From: Klebsormidium nitens
Lineage: Eukaryota > Plantae > Klebsormidiophyceae
Assembly (NCBI GenBank): GCA_000708835.1
Contig: DF237476.1
Coordinates: forward strand, 1 to 64,000
DNA length: 64,000 nucleotides
Direction of reading: 5' to 3'
Shown: positions 55,577 through 64,000 of the stretch, in pieces
How the letters are laid out: the number at the start of each line of letters is the position of its first letter
How positions within the stretch are numbered: position 1 is the stretch's first letter
The notes under the pieces: model-generated
The model's input: only the letters and a program-made list of their open reading frames with translations
Databases searched by the model: none
What the model was told of the DNA's origin: nothing
Position numbers and translations under genes: made by a program

Positions 55577-58500
55577 ATGACAGCTCTAACGTATGCGGCC
55601 CAGGTGGCCCCAGCAGTAAGTCCCCGTTTTCTGACTTTGCCTGACATCACCTTGATTGTCTTTCTCACATTGCTGCTGCATGCAGCCCCCTGGCCTGTGC
55701 GTTCTGCTCACCAGCAATCCAGACATGAAGCCCCAATCAAGGCAAGAATGGCCCAGAACGACACACGCCCCCCGGCATTCCCCAACTTCACAATCTCCCA
55801 TTTCTCTGGAAGTAGCAAAGCAGTAACCAGAGAAGCATGGTGTATAACCGTTCTCTTTGTCCTGCAGCTCGCAGGCTGCGCCTTCGTTCAAACGCACTCT
55901 GCCCCTCGCCAGCGCGCTCCCATCCCAGGTTGTTCCCCCGTTCCATCCAGAAAGGCCCCCCTTCGGCGTGCAGCACTAAGCCACTGGCCCAGGGCTATTC
56001 AGCTGAGCTCATGGAAAAGTCCAAGTGACAAGACCCAGCTAGGACGGCGAACGCGGGTGGTGCACGCTGCAGCGCAGACAGAGGCAGCCCCATTGGACAA
56101 GACATGGTCCAATCCGAGCGGCAATGTGCTGACAGAGGTGGTGCCGGGCCAGGTAAGACGGAGCTGAACGTTTGAGGGCTGTCCTTTGCTTTGAAATGCA
56201 ACGCTACGAGAGGCGCCACGACGTTGTGGACTTGATGAGAGTCTCGTGAGTGGCCAGTGGACTTAAGTTGAGCAATGCAGCTCTTTTCAGTAATTGATAA
56301 CCTGCACGATATGCTTTCGAGAAAGTAAGAAGTAAGAGCCAGGTTGGTCTAACGTCGGCCATTGAGACCCGGGTTCGAAAGTTGGCCCCCTGTTGAACGT
56401 ATTAGGCTGTTTGTTGAGTTGCTCTACTCTCCTATTTCACCTTCGAACAGTGTGACACTTGGTTGTCAACCAGTGTGACATTTGAAAGGCACGCCGTCTG
56501 CCTTATCAAATCTTGACGGCTTTCCTTCCTTGCCTGGTGTGCAGGTGTGGGCTGCCGAGCGCCCCTTTATGTGGAACGGCATTGACGTGGGTGGCAAGAT
56601 GGGCGTGGTGCGCCTGCGCGACGGCTCCGTGTGGGTGCACAGCCCGGTGCCGCTGGACAATCAGCTGAAAGCAGCCATGGATCAGCTTGGGCCAGTCAAG
56701 CACATCGTGACGCCCAACTACGAGCACGCAGGGTGAGGGGGGCGTGGGAGCAGCCAGCGCAGGAAGGAGAGCAGATCTCTCAGAATGAATTGCTTGATGA
56801 CATTGACGGGCTGTATAAGATGTTGGTTGATGTTGGAGTGGTGATCATCTATCCTGAGCCATCTTAGCATGTGTCGCGTGACGATACTTGTCTTTATGAC
56901 TGAGGTGTCTTCCTTCACCCCCCGGGCGTCAAAGGAGGACGGTACCTGGTCAAACGTCTGCTCGAGTTGAACTGGAGTGCTTGCAGCTTCCGAGCTCCCT
57001 GCGACGTTTCTTCTGAAAGCAAGAATCTTGCGACCTTTTCGGAGCTCTGACATCAAGTACTGTTTGCAGCTTCGCTCAGCAGTGGATCGAAGCTTACCCG
57101 GACGCCAAAGCTTATGGTGAGCGTCTCCTGCGATCGATCACAGCTGGCACGACCTTGTCAACGATGACGACACCCTGGCTGCTTCTCTCAAGGCCACATG
57201 CCAGGGTGCAAGCTACACAATCATTCTTCCTTCGACGTTCCTTCGACCTCTTTCTCTGATTCGTACAGTCCGTTCTTGAATGAGGCAGATGGCCAGGTTT
57301 TCGAAGTCCAACTTAGGTGTGTCACAAGCTACACAACGGTTCTTTCTCAAAACCATTGGAGGTAGTTTTTGTGTGAGCCTGCTGGTTTTATTCTAGCTCT
57401 TTTGTCGACATTACCTGGCGGACGACAATATTGGAAGGAGACTCCGACTCTGCCATGCTTCGATTGAATCCCAGGTTGGACACGTCGACTTCTCTGCTTA
57501 CACGTTGGTGTCAGTACAAGATTAGATACCCCTTCCTTTGCCCCGAGTGTCCGCTTGAGTGGTGTTAGACGGCTCCGATGCACGTGCTTGTCTGCCCCGT
57601 ACCATGTGTAGTTGCCTCTTGGGCTGATAAGGTGCACGAAGCTTCTCCAACCCGCAATCATATTTGGGAGGCCCTTTGGTTGCTCTCTGGATCCCTGGAA
57701 TCGGCCGACATCCCCTTTGCAAGGAATGTGTGTTGTTGGGAACTATCTACAAGAATGTAGGAATTGGCGGGAGACATGTTTTGGGACTTATTACCGAACA
57801 AACTTTCCTTTCCTCGTGTCGAATCGCTTTCACCTTTTCACGGACCTTAAGCACGTACAAAGTTTGCGCTCTTCCTCGTCACCACCTCCAGCCTGCCCGG
57901 GGCTCCGAGCAAAGAAGCCCGACGTCAGATACGCTGCGGAGATTGGCGCCAACGGAAGCGCCACGCCAGCGGAGTGGGGGGGGGAGTTCTCCTTCGCGTT
58001 TTTCGACTGCGAGCACAACCCGTTCACGCTTAAGCCCTTCTTCAATGAGGTGACACGGACGTTTCAAACGGGACTGTTCGATCAGAACGGTGCTTCACGT
58101 CCCTACCGCCGCTTGAAATCTTGAGCTCGGTCAGATTTGTGCGGGGACCTTGCTCGCTGACCATAGTTCTCCGATTATCTTCCGCAGTCTATATTTTAAC
58201 GGTTTTGCGACCCTTCCAGTCATCGGCCCTGGCGATGCGATTCGTTTCTTCCTTGCTCTGCCCCGTGGTCGTGCTGTGCCCTGTGGTCGAGCTCTGCCCT
58301 GTGGTCGAGCTTTGCGTAGAGACTTGCGGCATTTCATCAATCGGGAGGCATCGTATAGCAATTTCGGCATCGACAATCAAAGCGGTTGACCTTGCCGTGC
58401 TCGGCGTTCAGGTGGTATACGTGCACCATCCGTCGGGGGTGCTGTTCGTGACGGACCTGTTTTGGAACTATCCGGGGAAGGCGGTCCCCCCGGGCACGTT

Positions 58501-58687
58501 CATATGGAAGCAGGGCATGGACAAGGTGTACCTGCCCTTCTACAAATACTTCATGCTCAAGCGGAAAGACAAGTTTGAGCAGAGGTTGAAAACGGTGTTG
58601 AGCTGGGGCTTCAGTATCATCCTTCCCTGTCATGGTACTGTAGTCGATGAGAAGGCTGCCGATGTGCTCCGGAGACACTTCCAATAA
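55577..58687 (+). CDS. DUF4336 family protein (metallo-beta-lactamase-like fold), probable plastid transit peptide
   Basis: Exons 55577-55615, 55868-56152, 56545-56732, 57070-57116, 57892-58049 and 58412-58687 splice in frame. DUF4336-type motifs: KMGVVRLRDGSVWVHSPV, GPVKHIVTPNYEH, EVVYVHHPSGVLFVTDLFWN, ILPCHG. The N-terminus is rich in Ser/Arg/Ala. Confidence 0.85.
58262..58316. repeat. About 18-bp tandem repeat x3 in a DUF4336 intron
   Basis: CCCGTGGTCGTGCTGTGC / CCTGTGGTCGAGCTCTGC / CCTGTGGTCGAGCTTTGC. Confidence 0.8.
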
Positions 58688-58849
58688 TCAGCAGAACTAC
58701 TCATGGTGTTGGATGAGGTTGAGCGGTCGTAATAGTCGAGTGGCGAGCTAGTGCGTAAGTCTAAATAGATTTCTCAAAAGCAGATTTAAGCAATGATCAG
58801 ATAGCTTGCATCTCGGTCTGACGGTTAGTTGACTTCGTCGTAGCTGGTC

Positions 58850-59560
58850 CTAGGAGCGAGGCGATTGCGGTTCGATCCAGATCAGAACAGAATGCGGAAG
58901 CTCAACGGGCGGCTCTGGTCAAATCGGCCGGGGCACCGTGCAGCTCATCTACTCATATGTTAAGTTCGACATCTGCATGGCATATATGCCGCCATCATTG
59001 CATGTTGAGCACGATCGACGATCATGGCTTCGATATATTACATGCATTTGCAGACGCGGTGTTCGGGGCCCCGGCTGCCGCGTCACGGCGTGCCCCCCGC
59101 GCGCGGCGCGGTACTATAGTCGAGCTGGCAATCATCCCCGGCACATGATTCATGCATGATCATGCAAAGGTGACCGCGGCATTACTAGTAAACTATGCAT
59201 GCTAGGCTACTACTGGCAATTGCAATATTATCCTGCACAATTGAGTTGGTTCGACTTGATTATATATAGCATGACTCTGCGCGGACCAGTCCGAATCATG
59301 CCAGATCATACATGGGAGTTTCAGATCTTATGTCATTCGACGCGGGGGCCGGACTCTTGGTCGCTGTCGATCCCTGATGCGTGAAAAACACCTATAGTAC
59401 GTTGTTACGCACTTAATACATGCCAGCATAAAAGCAATCATGCTGCTTAGCACGGGCCCCGCGCCAGGAAGTCGGACTTGCCATGCCAGCCTTTCCGGCC
59501 GTGCAGATCAAACTTGTGACTCACTGGCGCGGCGCGGCGCGGCGGCCGCTGCTGGCACCA
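58850..59560. other. Palindrome-rich spacer between convergent DUF4336 and HDA2 genes
   Basis: GCATGATCATGC at 59154-59165, CATGCATG, TACTAGTA, CATATG, and CGCGG clusters at about 59100 and 59530. Confidence 0.55.
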
Positions 59561-59823
59561 AGGAGCGCACCAACTGAGTTCTTACTCCGACGAGATGGAG
59601 CAGGCAATAATGGAGTGGAGCAGGGAATAGAGACTTTACTTTACGAATGCTTCCCAGCGGGCGATTCAAGTCCAAGATTGGATATGACGGCCGGAGATAT
59701 CCCCAAGGTAAAGCTTTGATGATTGAGGATGTCTTCATGTCTACGTCTCTCACCAATTGAAGGGATCGACACGACTGGAATCTCTTAACGCAACGTCGGC
59801 AGTACGTTATTGCCTGCCGGCAA

Positions 59824-62800
59824 CTACCTGCTGCGCGGGCTCAGACTGATCAACGACTTCGAAGCAAGGTTGGAGATGGAGGTTGCAATGATCTCTGCGT
59901 TGTTCTTTTGGTACCCGCCTGAAGAAAAGCACAAAGCGCGCAGTCAGCGGCACATTATGGTGGTTATAACCAGGCCTGGAACCAATCTGGGAAAGGGAGC
60001 TAAAGCAGTAATTGCCACCTTCAAGGACGGGAAGTTTTGAAGCTTCAACTCAGAGAGGAGATTGCACACCCTCGCAGAGATGGGACCACCTTACACACCG
60101 TCGGACAACGCTTTACAATGGTCTCGTAAAACGAATCTGCTTTGAGAATTATTTCCCGGTGGTTCGCAGCAAACATTGTTCTTGCCTGACGTCAGCATGA
60201 CGATGGGTATCTTGCGCTTGGTCCGCGTGTAGTCAAACACTAGTTCATCACGCTTTACAATGCCCTCTGCCGTCACCTGCACACACCCCGAGCAACAAGA
60301 TGAGAGCCACAGCACTTCGTGCAAAACACTCGACGAGGAATCCGAGCAACGTTTCGACTTTCGACCCGCCGAGACTTGCGCTGTCGCTCAAAGTCGACCA
60401 CCCGGAGCAGGCGCATTGGCAAAGGTCGAACAAGTGAAGCGACCGTTGGCATTTCGCGTCCGAGAAACAGAGCCATCGTTGCCTAAACAAGCCGATAAGC
60501 GAAGCCGTTAAGCACTGGCTTGAGGAAAGGCCAAATCAACGACAGGAGAGGATCGCACAAGGTCCTAAACATAGAATAAGCGGCGACAGGAAGCGAGTAT
60601 CAAGGCGTGCCTGATAGCACTGAGTAAGCGAGAGAGCATCAGTATAGCGTCGCTCACCCGCAGGAGGCCCAGCGGGTCCCCTTCCAGGACGTCCGTGCCT
60701 GCGGCGTACACAATGAGGTCGGCAGGAAACGTCTCCGCAGCCTGCAATAGGCCAAATGGGAAGAAAGTGAATAAAGCGAGGCAGATGAAGGGGACTAGCA
60801 AATAGTCGGAGCATTCGACGTTGCATTTGCATGGAATGTCGCATGTAAGAAACGGAGCGGGCGGCGAAGGGAGGACGAGCCGAGGTCGGCGTGCGGAACG
60901 AGAAGTGGAAGGGAGCGCCTTGCCTGAAGAGCTTCTGCCACACGCCGCAGGTAGTCAGCGTTGCGGATGCCGCACTGCGCAACGGGAAAAAAGGGGGTTG
61001 AATGAGCGGACGGATCCTCTCGAGTCGCCGTGTTTACAAAGCAGGTTCGCAAATTACTGGTAGGAGACACATCACCAACGACAAACGTACCGAAAACCAG
61101 CAGCCGTCGTTTTTTCTTTCATTCCACCCTGAACGCTGCTGAAACGTCTCGAGGAGTTGTGAGCTTGCAATCTAGCTTCCTGATGTGCCTTCGGACAAAA
61201 GGACAGACCCTCATCGCACCGGGATAAGTAATCAGACAACCGTGGCTTTACTGCGCCAGCGGTCCTTTTTTGTCGAAAAGAAAGGCTCGACCGTCAGCTC
61301 ACCGTCAGGCGGATGGGGCCGCGCATGGCGGCCTTGGCAGGGTGGTCCCAGGGGTCGACCTCCTCGTTGTAGGCGTCGATGATGTAAGCATCGTCTGCAC
61401 GGGCCTGTTAGGGCAGCCAGCATTTGGGTAATGGAGACACATGACCGAGACAAGATACGGACCAAGGTGTGAGCCTGGAAAGGCACAGCCCACCAGCACT
61501 TTACAATGTCTTTTTTAAAACCTGACCTCCAACAACGACCTAGAGCTGCTGAGGAAAACTCCACCGCGCATTCAAATGACTTGGCGAAGGAGATCGACTT
61601 TAGCACGGTCGGTTCTTTCCACAATGGCGCTGAATACAAATATAAGGATCGCTCACCATCTCCAATGAAGTCCCGCTCATGGCCGTTTCCCTGATGGGCG
61701 TCCAAGTCGACGATCAGTACCCTACAACCAGGACGAAAAACTCAGTCGCTCATGAAACCTCTCGTCTTAAATCCAGAGCGGAAGGGGTTGATCGCCAGCC
61801 AAATTATTGCTTTCTGTTTGGCACGTGGGAAGCCGTAACTGTCGTTTGCTTTTGTATTTCCTCACCGACTTCGCTTGCAGAGAGGTCCCACATATTCGAC
61901 TCACTTGCGAATCCCCAGGCGCGAGCGGGCAAACTCGACAAGCATGGTGATGTCAGCGTAGATGCAGTAGCCCCCCTTGGTGCCCATGTAGGCGCAGGCA
62001 TGGTGGAAACCCCCGCCAAGGTTGATTGCCCACCCGCGCTCTACCGCCAGCTTGCCAGCCAGGACGGAGCCCCCCGTCTGGACTGCCACAGCACACACGG
62101 GGGGGCTTACAACCGCTACTTGTTGAAACTCCTAGATACTGTCCGATAAGCGACTAACACCACAATGACTCGGTTCTCCTTCAGGCCTCAATTCTAGGCT
62201 AAGGGCAGGGCAAACCATTCTCAACGGTGGCCAAACAACGAACGAGCAAAGCAGCCAAGTTCCTTCATGGACAAGGAGCGTGGGCCATGTGAGCTATCTT
62301 GGTTTTGCAAACCTGGGCTCAGCCTCAAAAGTCGGCGCACAAGCATTGGTGCGCAGTCCGCTCCCTCTCACCTGTGTTCTGAAAGGCCGCAGGATGCGCG
62401 CTTGGACCACGAACTTGGGCAGGAGGGCCGCAGGCAGGATCTCCAGGATCTGCGCCACCCTGTAGCTCCAGCACAGGCGGGCCAGATAGGCAGGGGTGTG
62501 CACCTGACAGGACGGAAGGGGGCAGTTATGAGGTTCCGTTTGGAAGCAAGAGGAGGCCACAAAGAAGCAAGAACACCCTCACCATCGCCTGGCGGAGGGC
62601 CTGGCGGAGGTTTGCTCATTGAAGAGACGTCTTTCCTGCCCCAGATAGCAGAGCCTCAATGACAAGCCATCAGATTGCCTTGCCACCAGGGGGTGGGTAA
62701 GAAGTAGGGGGGAGGCTATAGGCCGTAATGCCGTGTGCCGCTCACCACAAGGAGGTCAGACTGCGTTGCCTCCTTCGGCTGCACAATCTGGTCCTTGTGG

Positions 62801-63580
62801 ACAACGCCCCAGGCAAGGAGGAAGTCGTGTATCCGCCGATACTTCACCGAGTCAAAGGGATGCCTGCACAGATGGCCACAATCAGTTGGTCTGAGAGTCC
62901 TAGAAAATTGTGACAGGTGAATCAGCTCACAGCAACCAGGGCTGTCTATTGAAACAAGGCTTTGTAATGAGGGGGGATGAACGGCCCACGGAAGCTCACA
63001 GAGGGCAACGCGGTGCACTCACAGGATGGCAAGCAGGGGGTCGAGGATGCCAAAGGAGACATTGTACCCAGGGTGGTACACAATAGGCTCCTGCACCAAG
63101 GGGGTGTGTGACAGGATTTCCTGAGCATGCCTCAGGACAGCGAAAAAGTTGGGCACGCACATCAAATGTTGGCTAGCTGAACCGATAATGTGGGCTTGAA
63201 AGGTGCAATAAATGCAAGATTACTGGCCCTGAAGTAGAAACCCTTTGAAATCAGGCACATGGCCACAACCCTGAGAAAGTTCCCGCAGCATATAATCACA
63301 ATTCAATGAAGCAAAGTGAAAAACTTGAAGATGCGATGATGGTTTCAGGACGAGGCCACCGTACCTTTTCAGGGCCCACATCCAGGTACAGCTCACTTTC
63401 AGTGATCCTTTGCTCCCTCTGCTGCCGCTGCTCGTTTGTGAGCGCTCGGGGAGGGGCATCCAGATCGAAGTACATCATTTCTTCATTTGGAATGCGCAAG
63501 CTCAACCAATCTTCATGATAGTTTGGGGGCGCCCCGCTGGTAGCGCCGGGGTCAGAGACGAGGGGGCCATTGGCCGCCAT
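59824..63580 (-). CDS. HDA2: Class IV histone deacetylase (HDA2/HDAC11-like), 11 exons
   Basis: Exons 63365-63580, 63023-63090, 62746-62863, 62372-62503, 61905-62077, 61657-61721, 61303-61394, 60924-60974, 60658-60741, 60186-60276 and 59824-59918. Motifs: LHPFDSVKY, TGGSVLAGKLAVERGWAINLGGGFHHA, DLDAHQGNGHE, AGTDVLEGDPLG, MLTSGGY. Two introns need GC donors. Confidence 0.94.
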
Positions 63581-64000
63581 GATGCAAACGAGCCAGTCCT
63601 CGACAGCAGGGTCCTGGGCCCTGGCGTTCTGGCTTGTGCCCCCCTCTGCCTTTTTGGCTGATCAGATTAGGGTTTCTACTTGCAAGTTTCACAACTTTCA
63701 TCCATAAGTTCTTTAAGTTATGGAACTCAAGTCAAGTGCAGTCCAGTCAGGAGTCAGGAGCAGACTTCAGCCTCAGGAGTCAGGACATTCAGAGGCCGAG
63801 AAGGATGCTGACAGTGATACATTTCAACTGTAAAATTCCACATTTCCGCATGATTCCAATCACCTTTTATCAGGAGTTCCGCTGCATATATACCCCTTTC
63901 TAGAGATCGCCGTTTTTGTAGCCGTATAGTACCGTACTGCTTTTTAATATCGGCACCTTCGACGCAAAATAGTTAATTATGAAACGTTTGAAACTTTCGG

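Noticed and set aside
56335-56395. tRNA-like A/B-box words (TGGTCTAA ... GGGTTCGAA) in a DUF4336 intron; similar GGTTCGA words at about 2292, 45175 and 58880
   Set aside because: No cloverleaf can be built; T-stems do not pair or the spacing is too short.
58262-58316. Short direct repeats (also 9852-9878, 14482-14520, 45778-45829) considered as CRISPR-like
   Set aside because: They are head-to-tail with no unique spacers, in a eukaryotic intron or intergenic context; ordinary slippage duplications.

Overview
This is intron-rich eukaryotic genomic DNA with plant-type genes. It most likely comes from a streptophyte green alga (Klebsormidium-like; inferred from gene content and splice-site style, not confirmed). 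I reconstructed 11 protein-coding genes by reading exons and splice sites: MOS14/transportin-SR (-), a bacterial-type intradiol ring-cleavage dioxygenase (+), an Enhancer-of-polycomb-related EPCR protein (-), the NAD(P)HX-epimerase/PNP-oxidase fusion PPOX (+), a GH31 alpha-glucosidase (-), a chalcone-isomerase-fold FAP protein (+), the mitochondrial DTC carrier (-), SYP7 syntaxin (+), a small twin-Cys protein (-), a DUF4336 protein (+) and class IV HDAC HDA2 (-). An unidentified multi-exon gene and decayed coding relics occupy 1-6.8 kb. The most striking observation is a pair of tandem, diverged 84-nt copies of DTC exon 2 that look like mutually exclusive exons under long-term purifying selection. 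Other highlights: (1) a probable horizontally acquired PcaH-like dioxygenase with all four Fe ligands; (2) a perfectly alternating -/+ gene layout, with a palindrome-dense (CATG/TGCA/GATC) spacer at every tail-to-tail junction; (3) two dense GTAC clusters outside genes; (4) four predicted GC-AG introns; (5) an 803-N gap whose flanks overlap by 15 nt and which probably hides no sequence. All family assignments come from recalled motifs; no database search was run.
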